Below, in pieces: positions 47,093 to 58,753 of a stretch of 64,000 bases of DNA. Position 1 is the stretch's first letter. Each line of letters begins with the position of its first letter. Position numbers and translations under genes: made by a program. Source of the DNA: Hydrurus foetidus (taxonomy: Eukaryota); the NCBI GenBank assembly GCA_900617105.1, contig UYFQ01000509.1:1-64000 (forward strand). The letters run 5' to 3'. The notes below the pieces were generated by a model. It made no database searches and was not told the DNA's origin. It saw only the letters and a program-made list of their open reading frames with translations.

Positions 47093-49743
47093 ATGTTCGA
47101 CTCCGTGAATAGCAGATTCGTGACTGCTATTCTCTTCCTCGGTGCTTATAGTGCGCTTGAGAGAAATTTTGAGCTTGGAGTAATCGCATCTACGGCACTC
47201 TCTTTTGCTTTATATTGGAGATGCAACTCCATGATATCGGTCATCTTTCTGGCCGCGGATTACTTTCTTTACTGCAGTCCTTACAAGAGCTTCAGTTTCA
47301 TACCGTTTCTCCTATCAGAGACTTATCTTCTTTGCAGCGGACCATATCAGAAGGTTCTATCGCGCATTTATATTTGAAGTGCTTGATCAGCAATTGCAGC
47401 ACCTTTCTGCTTTAGACGCTTTCAAAATCGTTTTATGATGATCGTTTGCTGATCACATCCCTGTTTTGACCGGCTTATCAGCGCATGCACATCTCAGTTT
47501 CATCTCATAGGATATTTTCTTCTTAAAGAAAATTTGCTCAAAAGTATCTAATTACACAACACTTTCGATATCATGCAGGCTCCGATGAAGCGTTGCGAAA
47601 AGGAAATAAGGTAAATGAGGAGAATAGCAGCGCTATCAACAGCCACTCTTTTTGTTTTGTGATGAAACATGTGATGTGAACTGTAGGTGGGTAGCAAAAT
47701 TAGAAACCATACTGCCTTAAGTCGAGATGCTATACTCCGTCACATTATTTCACGATGTGCATATTTCGCAGGAATCTTCTGGCAGAACATGACCCCTCAG
47801 CTCTGTCTCGCGTACCGGCTCTGTTAGACAGTCACAAGGACAAAGAAGTCGAACTATTTGAATACTTGCAATCAGTCTATAAAGGCTCTAAAATACGAAA
47901 TCATTATCCGGAAGTAAAAAGTGAAGATGAAATTCTGAATCAAACTAATGTGAGATCGTCTATAAGGTACTACAGAAGCAGAAGAAATAGTGAGAATATC
48001 GTAACAAACCCAGAGGATATTGAGAATGGAGAAGCTACTCAAATTGTGAGCGTTCCTAATGAAATACGTGAAGAAGGAAAGACTTCCATGCTTAATGATA
48101 AGGTGAAAGAACGTTCCACAGTACCAGATATACAGGGTAGTAAGAACAATTCGTTAAGAGCAAACAAAAAGAGTATTCCTAACACGCAAGGGCAAAAACG
48201 ATCTTTTAAAAACAGAATAGCGAAAAAGCATGAAACAGTTAAATTGATCAGGAATATTCTTGAAGAACATTCTCCAAGCATGAATAAATATGCCGACAGA
48301 ATGCTGCGCGATTTCTTGGGAAGAGAAGATGAATTACTTGAGAATTTAATATTCGAATTCGGGCTGACTGAAAAACGAGATTTACTGAATTTGAAATATA
48401 TGAATGAGTTGATGATTAATTATGACAACTCTTTCGAAATGCAAGATTACAGCGACAGCAGCGACAGTAATGATGAAGGAAATATCCGAGCCCAATATTC
48501 GCACAGTAATAGCGCCAGCCCTGGCAAACATAATACAAACATGAGTTCAGATCACATTAGGAAACTGACGTACTACAAAGAACATTCCTCAATTCCTAGT
48601 CCTAAGAAGAACAGAAAAGGTTCTTTTCTAGACAGTCCTACGAGTCGGAAAGCTTCTTCCACTGGGAACACGGGAGTTATCGTTCCTAGACAGAGCAGAG
48701 CACATTCTTTCACATCATACATATCTCCCACAAAGACCATTATCCCCCCTGAGGGACAGACTTTGGGTCAACATTCCACACACAATCCAAGACTGCCTGT
48801 TCAACTTCCGTCCCCTAAAGCCCATTACCCCAACCGCAGTCCAGCATCGGAAGTCCCTCCCCATCCCTCTCCTAACTCCCCACAGAGAACTTTCAGCTTT
48901 AATTCTAATTGGTCTTCTTCAGCAAGCGGTTCTTTACACGGTTCTTCGGAATCTGTTCCGATTCCGGTCCTAGGTCTGGTCCTAGGTCTGGTCCAAGTTC
49001 CAACGGAAGTTCTGACTCAAGAAACAAAACCGTATAAAAGCAACTCAATCGTTGAGGTTAGGAAACCATCTGCTATATCCCTCTCTTATCCAGTCCCCGT
49101 ATCGATGGAGAGGCGCACTGCACTATCCCAGTTATTCCCTACACAATCTCCAGTGACATCACCAGCGTATACACCGGTAGCTACCCCACCCGACTCCCCC
49201 GATACCCGTCCCTTTGGGGCCCCAAAACCAGTCCCTCAAGGGGATGCTGATGATACAGAAGGGAGTGGGTCAAGCAGTAATAAAGAAGTAACGTTACACC
49301 TTCCTACAAATCGTTCTTCCATTTCTCGTGCGTCACTGAACAATGGAACATCTCCTACATCACTAACAACACCAACTTTCCCTACAGCCTTCACACAACC
49401 TCAAGTTATCAGAAATGATTCAGTCATCTCACCTGCCACTGAGGTTGCGGACAGTTTACACACAACATCCGATTCTACCGCCCTCTCGGAATCTATCCGA
49501 TCCTTGACACTCTCTGATAATGACGTCACAGACGCACCATTCAATGCACATGGGATTGGGGATCCGTCGAAACCATCCACAGCAACATCACTTCATGTGA
49601 GTGACACTGGAGAGAAGTCTTATGTTCGACTTAATGAGGATACTGCTGACTTGAAGATCACATCTCCTTGCACATCCGAAGAATATTCCTCAGTACCAAG
49701 CGCGTCTCAGGAATGTTCCTTGGTGCCAGACATGTGCTCATGA
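47093..49743 (+). CDS. Hypothetical protein: hydrophobic N-terminus, two copies of a short helical motif, long Ser/Pro-rich tail
   Basis: 662-codon ORF 47755-49743 with an acceptor near 47771 and a small exon at about 47579-47610. Linkage to the 47093 ORF is inferred. Confidence 0.6.
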
Positions 49744-50546
49744 CGGAAGATGAAGATAGGACGATGAATGGATGGATCAGCAAGCGGATGATAATTGCTA
49801 TGCGAATGAAGTCACGGATACTACACATAACAATTTTCAAAAATTATACGAATTGAATTTATCTCTTTTAAGAGTGGTACTAGGATTTAAGAACTTTCCC
49901 GACATTTCTTTTTTCAATTACCAACAGATGAGGACTAAAAACTAAAAAATATTGTATTTCCGAAATAAATCCTTCCCATGCATTATGAAAGTAACTTTTG
50001 CTGTGATTTATTGCTTATAGTGACATGTTTATTTTACTCTCTTACTCATGGATAATTTGCAATTACATTTGTTTGACATTTATGGATTTTTCGTTGCGCA
50101 ATCTGGTCATAGACAACTCCGCCTCCCTACGATGTCCACATTGTCACCACCTCATTTCAATGAAGCTGCTGAAAAGGAGAATTTCGAGAGTCGCGCTGAC
50201 AGGGAGAATCTGCATTTTGGAACTACACCGCAACTTTAGACTGAAGGTAGTTAGTAGTTACACGGGTGTCGAAGATGATCTGGAACTGGAACTAGAATCA
50301 GTGCTAGAACTCTTTATCCGACACTGCGCCTAATAAAACCGCCACAGTGCGGAGTGCGGAGTACGGTATGGCGCATTCAACTTCCATTGATAGGCTGGCA
50401 TTGTTGGCTATCAGAACGTCAGTAGAAGCAATTGATATTTTCGAAATTGAGGAACAAGGGTGCATAAAATATTACAGCGGAGCTTCTCATTACGCATAGG
50501 TCTGAAAATTTCAATTCTAACGGCTAGGTTGCTTCGCTGATACTCT

Positions 50547-53500
50547 ATGCTTCGCAAGAGTTCTGTTCCTTTGATCCTCTTCTTGACCTGCCTTGTCTCG
50601 ATGATGTTGAGTGGTGGCAAAGCCCTCTTGCAGCTGCATGGTGTCTATTGTAAAAGGATCTCATCTTTTAGTCCCAGAATGGAATACGGTTAGTTCATTT
50701 TAATCTCAGCGATCGAGACCGACAATCGTACGACGTACGACTGACGCAAGTTTATTGACCATAAGTGTGATGCGAGAAGAGAACCCTGACAGCTCTGCAT
50801 ATCAAATTGGTAATTCGTGATAGGTGTCGCTATGTTCTGCCATCAAGCAGAGAAAACTAGCGATCATGCCCCAACATCAAGAGGAGTTGATGCGAATGGG
50901 AAATCCAACATTGAGGACATAAACCAGCACAGACTTTCAGTCGCACCCATGATGGAATATACAGGTCAGTCGATTTGATTACATTAAGTGCTGTAGTGAT
51001 GGTTGAATGGCAGATGGAAATTGTTTTGAGCAGTACAGAGAGAGGATGTGCTGATTCGCTGTCATTACAGAAAATAAGAGTCTGACATCCATTGAAATTT
51101 GTCTCATTAGCCTGCATTACGCTCTGACGCTCAATCGTCACTCAGACATCTCAACGTCAGGCTCTTTCTGCTCTTTTACTCAAGCTTAGTTGTCTCGTCT
51201 TCATGACTTCCTTTCTTTGATTTCTTTTATTTAGTTCTGCAGTTACTTTGGACAGTCCTTGAATTTATTGCTATAAAATAAATCTATTAACCCAATTTTT
51301 CTTCTCCACTACTCTACTATTTTACTGTAATCGTTCTATCAAAATTGTTCAGAACAGTTTGGAATTTATTGCCTCGATGTCAGAAGAATTATTTTTAGTT
51401 TGTCATGAAACGATGTGTCACTAAACTCAAGAGTTTATCGCTGTCACAAACAAAGAGAAATGTTTTATTTCCCTACCCAAAAATCTGCATTGAGAGAATC
51501 GCAAACGAGTCAATTTTCGCCAAATGTTCTTCAAGAAATCTCCGATACTACTTATTTGCTGTGACTTCGACAGTAGCAATTTAGTTATTTCAGTAATTGT
51601 TCACATCCAACCCGTCTGCCTTTTTCTCTTATCTTTCAGATATTCATTTTCGGACTCTGTTACGTATGATAACGAAAGAAGCAGTACTGTACACAGGTTT
51701 GTACGTTACATTTTTTACCTGACACTTGCTCCTTTACAATCACGAAAGTTCATTCACTTCAACACATGAATCGCTATGTCAAATGAATTTTAATCAAACA
51801 TTACAGTGATTTTAAGACATTTAAATGTACTAAACATTCTAACAATCGAACGAATTTTTTGTATTTTCCATAAACACAGAAATGATAACTACGAACACTC
51901 TCGTACGTACACAAGATCCTGAACGGTTTTTAGAATCCAACTTCAACATAGAAGATCCGATCGTACTTCAACTCGGAGGCTCTTCTCCCTCAGATATGAA
52001 AACGGCATCAGCAATGGCGAGAAAGTTAGGATTTCAAGAAATAAATATTAATGCCGGATGTCCGAGTGAAAAAGTTTCAGGTTACCATTTCGATGATAGT
52101 TGCTGTATGCTAGAGTTTGACGCTGTATTCTATTGTGATAATGATGTGTTCAAAAGTTCGACCTTCTCCTCTCTATCACCACGAAAAACCTCACTAACGA
52201 AGGATACGTTTTTCCATTCTTCCCTTCCTATTATCATCCAATTTTTTTTTAGTATTTTCTAATCAACACAAACATTGTTTCTTTTCACTGAACATAATTT
52301 CCGTTCTCTAATTTCTATCAAATTAGGTGCCGGTTGCTTCGGAGCTGCTTTGATGCTCCAGCCAGATTTACTGGCAGAGCTCGGTGAGCGATTTAGTCCG
52401 TCATTCACCCACCTACTTATCTCCTATCTTCGCGCCTCCTACATTATTAACATCACTTAGAGGTGGTTACCTAACTCACTTTCTTCTTTTCCCCCTTCCC
52501 TCCTCTTCTTTTGTTTTCTTTTCTTTCCTCTCTTCTCAACCCTTTTCTCCACTCTTCTGCTCTATCTATCCCCACACACTGTTCTTAGCTCTGAGTGTCG
52601 GGGAAGGGTTGGGTCGACCCGCCACTGTGAAGTGTCGCATCGGAGTGGACGATGAAGACTCCTACGAAGGTACGTACGTACGTATATACGAGTGTGTTTG
52701 TGTGAGTACATGTGAAAATTCTTATCAATTTTTTTCCTTTTTTTCAGATGGTGTCAAGACTACACTGTTACTCTCCTATCTATCCAACCTGTCTATCCAT
52801 CTACCCATCCATCGTAATCACTTAGCACCGCACACTCTCTCTGCTACCAACAATCTTCAGGTCTTCGAGAATTTATTCGGCTTGTCAGTGAAAAAGGACA
52901 AGTAAACCATTTTATTGTGCATGCAAGAAAAGCCGTACTGAACGGGAACTTTTCGCCGGCTATGAACCGTAAGATACCGGTCTTGAAATATAATTTTGTC
53001 CACGATTTAATACGGGACTTTCCTCATCTAAAGGTTGGTATGTCCACCTTCGATAATTACTTTCGCTCGCCTTTTCATCAAATGTTGTTTTTATGTATTA
53101 GTGATGCAATTATGTTTCCGCCCTGCCCTGTTGTGCTCTTTAACTCGATAAGTTGATTTATTACGATATTTGAAATTAGAAATATAGTCACGTATTTTGC
53201 TAACTTTTTAAAGCGACACAATCTATTATTTTAGTTCACCATTAATGGCGGAATTAATACGATGGAAGAGGTTCAGAGCCAACTTGCATTAGGTAAATAC
53301 GTACGTGCATACATGCGCATGATCCTATTTATGTCATCTACTCTAATTAGCATTATTGATCGGTTTCGAAAATCTAGTTGAGTTTTTTCGTTGTAATTTC
53401 ACTTGTGAATTATTCAACTCGTCAGGAAGATAAGTCCATTACCTTATTTTTTTATCACGATTTCTAATCTGCACTGATTATTAATTCATTGAATTATTCA

Positions 53501-54736
53501 ATAGGTTGTCACGGAGTGATGGTGGGGAGAGCATTCGTGAACAGTCCCTTCGACTGGAGGAGCGCAGACTCTATTCTATACGACAAAGAAAACTCAGGTA
53601 ACGTTTAAAGATATGATGAATCGAAACTGACTGTGAAGTAATCCGTATATAATAAATTTGGCACGTGTCAGCCAAACACTGCATTTCACCATTTCCATTA
53701 GTGAAATCTCCTCCAAAAGGCCACACGCATTCATGGGCAATCTAGTTGATTGTAGACACTGATAACTCCCCTAGGGAACCTCTTCTAGAATACTGTGCCT
53801 TCCGAAGTGTGTCCCTTCTCTTTCCCTTTGAAGCACATACACATAGCATTAATTGATTTGGCCACAAACCAGTAGAACTGTATGCGTTGCTTGATTTACA
53901 TATACCCTGAAATCCAATTTAACTCGATTCATTGCGACAGATTTGAATCGTCGTGAAGTGCTCCAACAGTATGCCGAGTATGCGAGGGGAGTGGAGACTG
54001 CGGTTGGTAAGAAGGCCAGAACATCACTCGTTAAACCCATACTGCAGATATTCTCAGGTAAGAAAGAGAAGGCAATCAGAAGATAATCAGCACGAATGTG
54101 TGTAATCATACGTCCAAATTATGTTGGGGCATTCCTCATGATTATGGTGCTAGGAAATGCATATTTCACGTTGATTTCCTTTATTCTCAACTGTGTGGTG
54201 ACTCAACATGTCAGCGCTGACTGATGTTGTGTTGCTGGTTGAGATGGTGATATAGATAAATATCATGCACTGATGAAGATCAGGCTACACAGCAATATTA
54301 TCGTCATCGTTTGTAGGGAAGAGTAGAGTAGTTTGGGGAAAATACTTGAAGAGGTGGAAATGGTATCAATAGATGCAGTTGAAATTACAAAAAGTGCAAT
54401 GAATTGCATTCTGCAGATCATGTCAAGTGCGTCATTATGCACCACAGAATCTCCCTGAAAACGTTCAAACTGAAACTCCTTCTTCGTCAAATAGGGGAGC
54501 AAAATGGTCGATTTTTTAGGCGTAACATTGACACACTATTACGTAACAAAGAAGTGCTCGTGGCCGATCTCATTCAAGAGGCAGCGGAATGCATGACTGA
54601 AGATGTGATGGACAGAAGGGCTTCCTCCCCTCCCCCTGTGTATGTACCGTACGTACCGCAAACATCGGAAAGCAATACGGCTATTTTTAAAGAGAATGAA
54701 AAATTCAATGCTGAGTTAGCAGCGAATAGCTGCTAA
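50547..54736 (+). CDS. dusA: tRNA-dihydrouridine synthase (DusA-type), multi-exon, with signal-peptide-like N-terminal leader
   Basis: LSVAPMMEYTD, LYTEM, IVLQLGGS, EININAGCPS, GAGCFGAALM, TVKCRIGVD, FIVHARKA, INGGI and GVMVGR across GT-AG-bounded exons. Confidence 0.93.
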
Positions 54737-55012
54737 AGAATCTGTTTACTACAGTGATTAATAAAGAAATATTGAATACATTTGAGATTCTTAACTTTCA
54801 AAGCTGTAGAAAGCATTAGCCGATTATCATGTAATCTATATAAACAAGTAAAGGATGTGAGTTCAGACCGATATGATGCACGTGGACGCAAATTCCTTTG
54901 AATGTTGATGAATAACAGTTCGTTTCGTTTGACTGCATCTGGTATCACTTCCGATTGAAGTTATGCTCCTGCCATGAAAGTGGAGCTTCTCTCGTTATCT
55001 CTCACACGAACT

Positions 55013-55435
55013 TCATCGACCGGCTTTGATAGCAGCTCTTTCATCAAACTTGTTTGCTCTTTCATTTATCTTGGCTTCTAAAATGGCCCTAGCTTCGTCA
55101 GTCACTTGTTTCCTACTCGCTTTGGTAGATTTCTCGCCAGTCATCAATTCTTTCTCGCTTTCTCTAGCATATTTCCGTGGACTTTCATTCTTGTTGCTGA
55201 AGGCGTAGCTTGCGGCCAACAAAAATGCGTACAATGAGTATGTCACCACTCTACTGCCAAATGATATGCTGAGAAGTATCGCAACCACAACTAGCAGTAT
55301 TACTTGCGGCCTCGACGACCTGGGCAGAAAGTGAAGAGCAGTGGCAGCTGTTATGACAAGTTCGGTTGAGCCAAGTGGATACTGAGCCGCATACTTCAAG
55401 ATGGCCCCGAAACTGCTTTCGATTGATTCCCGCAT
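55013..55435 (-). CDS. Hypothetical small membrane protein (140 aa)
   Basis: Compact ATG ORF with hydrophobic segments and a charged C-terminus; no family recognised. Confidence 0.5.
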   Translation of the reverse strand: MRESIESSFGAILKYAAQYPLGSTELVITAATALHFLPRSSRPQVILLVVVAILLSISFGSRVVTYSLYAFLLAASYAFSNKNESPRKYARESEKELMTGEKSTKASRKQVTDEARAILEAKINERANKFDERAAIKAGR

Positions 55436-55708
55436 CTAGTGATTTTCCTAGGTGTCTTCCTTGTAATCGATACTCTTATGACTGTTATGACTTGTGATAT
55501 AAGATCTTCCCTCAACTTGAAAGCTGAAGGCTCGAGCAAAGGAAGCAAAGGAACGACACCTCGACTTCTTCTGAACATTCGTTGAATCTCAAACCAGAAA
55601 CCAGACGCCGTATCTATCGGACACAGTACCGTACCGTAGGCTTACAGCCAACAGCCAACATAACAACATAAAACATAACCGTAAGTTTCTACCGCGTGTA
55701 GGCTAGGA

Positions 55709-56941
55709 CAAGGGGGTATAGAAGAGAGAGGGGGCATTCTTCCACTCAGAGGGATTCTCACACCAGCCCCACCTGAATTTTGAAAAAACAAAATACCCAA
55801 AAGAACGTACGTTCTCCCCTTACGTACGTTATCACTGGTCGCTGTAGCGCCTATTTTCGACGTCTTGATATGCAATTTGACCATTAAAAATTTTAAGAGA
55901 CTCTCTGAAATTTTGCAGTAATGCTAAAAGATTAAGATTACAATGTATCATATTTTTTTGATTTTTTTTGGTTTTACTATAAGTGTCATATGCGCGTTAC
56001 AAAAGGAGTAAGCAGTATGCAGTATCAATTATTCTACAAGCCAAATCGACCGCGGTGCTCTGATGACCACCCACGTAGCAACAGAAGCAGCTAAAACCTG
56101 CTGTAATATCGCTGCCGAGTCTTGGATGCCCATTCACAATGGTTCCTACAGTCGGCATCTGATTCAATGCAAGAATCATGAGTTTCCATGAGTCAAGAAA
56201 TCTACATACCAAATCGACCACACAGCACTGATGTGAGTCCATACAGCGGCAAAAGCGACAAACACCTACCGTGATGTCGCTGCTAAAGTCTTGGCCACTC
56301 AATCGCGACGATTCTTGTCGCCGACACCTGATTCAATGCAAAAATCATGGGTTTCGATGAGTCAATTTCTACGAGCGAGCAAAATCGACCGCACTGCTCC
56401 TAAGATTACCAAAACAGCGGCTGAAGCAGCTTATATCTGGCATGATATTGTTGCCGAAATCCTGGACGCTGATTCGCAGTTGCTCCTACCGCCGCCACCT
56501 GTTTCAAGCAATGTAGCGACAAAAAAATACGAAGGTCAGAAAATTATCATTTCTCGAGCGCATCTGCACCAAATTTGCCGACTGCAAGAAATCATGTTGA
56601 AGTAGCACTACACGAAAGTGGTGCAGATGCGCTTCAGAGGCTGATTCAATATCATGTTGGTCTTTCAGGTTCAATAACAATAGCGGTGAATTTTGCAGTT
56701 ATAAAATACCAAAGCAATAAAATTCTCACATCATCAGGTGAGCACTTCGTTTCTAGAGAGCGCAAGTCTTCTCAAATCGTGGTTGCGGGACTGATGGTTG
56801 TTTCCTATGTGAATATAGCATGCGAACGCTGCTACTGCTACCTTGCCATCGGGTATTTGAAACTTGAGTGAGGAGACGGTGAGAAAAATCTGGGCGGGGC
56901 GGGAGCTTGAAAGTGCCCCCTCTCACTTCTATACCCCCTTG
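55709..56941. mobile_element. 1.23-kb non-autonomous DNA transposon (hAT-like) with internal repeats of about 170 bp
   Basis: 28-bp TIR CAAGGGGGTATAGAAG(A/T)GAGAGGGGGCA with one mismatch; flanking duplication (G)GCTAGGA at 55701-55708 and 56941-56948; no transposase ORF. Confidence 0.88.
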
Positions 56942-57103
56942 GCTAGGATACCGTTTCTGCCCACGTCCCAACTTCGCACATCGCACATCGCACATCGCAC
57001 ATCGCACATCGCTCAGCGATTCATCGCTGGCTGCAGTTTATCTGCTGCATGCATGCTGCAAAGAGCTGTGACATTTTATACAGTTTCCAAAGGCAGTAAG
57101 GAG

Positions 57104-57992
57104 ATGGAGGGACAGTTCCAACAGAACAGTGGCCGTAGTGAAAGGGCCGATAGTGGGTGGACTCACCCAAATCTCAGTTTCGGCCAAGATTCATGGGATG
57201 ACAGCATGATATTGGATATATTTGATGATGCGATTAGAAGTCATAGAACTAAAAAGGGAAAGGTAATTAGGAGAAGAGTGCTATATGTGCAGTGCAACTT
57301 GTTGACTAACAGTAAATCTCTCTTCGTTGCTGCAGAAACTGGGGAAAGTAACACCGGATGTTGCTCCAGTAGTGACGGAGCAAAGCGCTGTGATTGACCC
57401 CAAGTCCAAAAGCCAATCTTCACCCATCGGTAATACAACTTGTGAGGCAGAAAAGAGACAAGTTAGTGCAACCGAGAGAATTCCTACAGCGGTGCGTCGC
57501 GATAGGAATGGAAAGTTAGTTAGAATAGCCACTACTGATGAGGACACTACTGTGCCAGCAGCTTGTGCGTCTGCAGCGCCATTCAGAAAGTATGCACAGA
57601 CATCATCGTCGTCATCAGGACCTCCTAAGCATCCATATAGCAGCCAGCGAAGCTATGGCGATGAGGGCAGCAGCAGTTTTAACAGCGACAGAACTCACAG
57701 CGATGTTCCGAACGACTACAGTGCCGTAGATGCTGCTGCACTGGAAGAGTCATTCAACGGCATGCTAATGGCGTGGTATCATAGTGGATATGCCACAGGA
57801 AGATATCAAGCATTGCTAGAGCAGAGCAAAAAGAATGAGAGAAATCAAAATCAAAATTTTCAGAGTCAAAATCTTCATCCTGCATTTCAGTACCCCAAAA
57901 ATCATTACGAAAATCAACAACAGAATTTTGAAAATCAATTTCCTCCTCAGCAGCCTAATCCTGATATATTTAGTAGGGGAAATCGGTCCTGA
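57104..57992 (+). CDS. SMN: Survival motor neuron (SMN)-like protein, 2 exons (intron 57263-57335)
   Basis: N-terminal Gemin2-binding-like DSWDDSMILDIFDDAI and C-terminal YG box MLMAWYHSGYATGRYQ. The phase-0 GT-AG intron keeps the frame. Confidence 0.88.
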
Positions 57993-58753
57993 ATTGGAGA
58001 CTTGAATTGTTATTGCGTAAGTAAGTTTCATTCGAATCAAGCGTGACATTATTTAGCGAGAATAACTGATAAATCGTAAAGAGCTTTTCTACTGAATCAC
58101 GACATGGAATATTCTTTGGGATGGCAGCATTACGGGTTGACGTATTCTTTATCTAGAGCAATACTTGTGTCTTGGTGAAGATCGTCATCAATGTCGGAAC
58201 TTACGTCTTGACGTCAATGGGACCATCCCGTGCTACAACTCATTGTGATAGCCCTCTTACTTCATACTGCATTCACAGTTTCTACCACGTCTGAAAAAAA
58301 GTGGGAATCCGAATTCATTTGAGCGTGGAAGATTTGCTGTCACGTACGTACAGATTTACGTTTTGTGGTTACTCCACTCTACGTACAGTACCGTGCGTGT
58401 GAGATAATCTACATCTCATCTCCGCAGTGATCAAAGGCGCCTGTTCAGTAATATTGGAGCACTTCTAAAGAATCTTCTCCTTTGTTCATCATAGCTTTTC
58501 AACGGCTTTTCTGGAATATGTCGGGTTCAAAGTCTCTAGCTTCCCTCTCGATTTTTTTTAGTAACATGATTCTAATTTCTACACTTCAGATTTTAAGTTG
58601 AACATAAAATGACACAATGTAATACTGTAAGGTGACACCATATAATAATGAAAAGAGACGAATATGTATACATGTGGGTATAAGACAAGGCGATTCGTTG
58701 ACTATAGAATCGGAAGAATAAAAATCGTTAATATTGGCCTATATTCGACAATT

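Noticed and set aside
55997..56871. ORFs of about 100 aa inside the TIR element
   Set aside because: No transposase or other recognisable motifs; they derive from the internal repeats.
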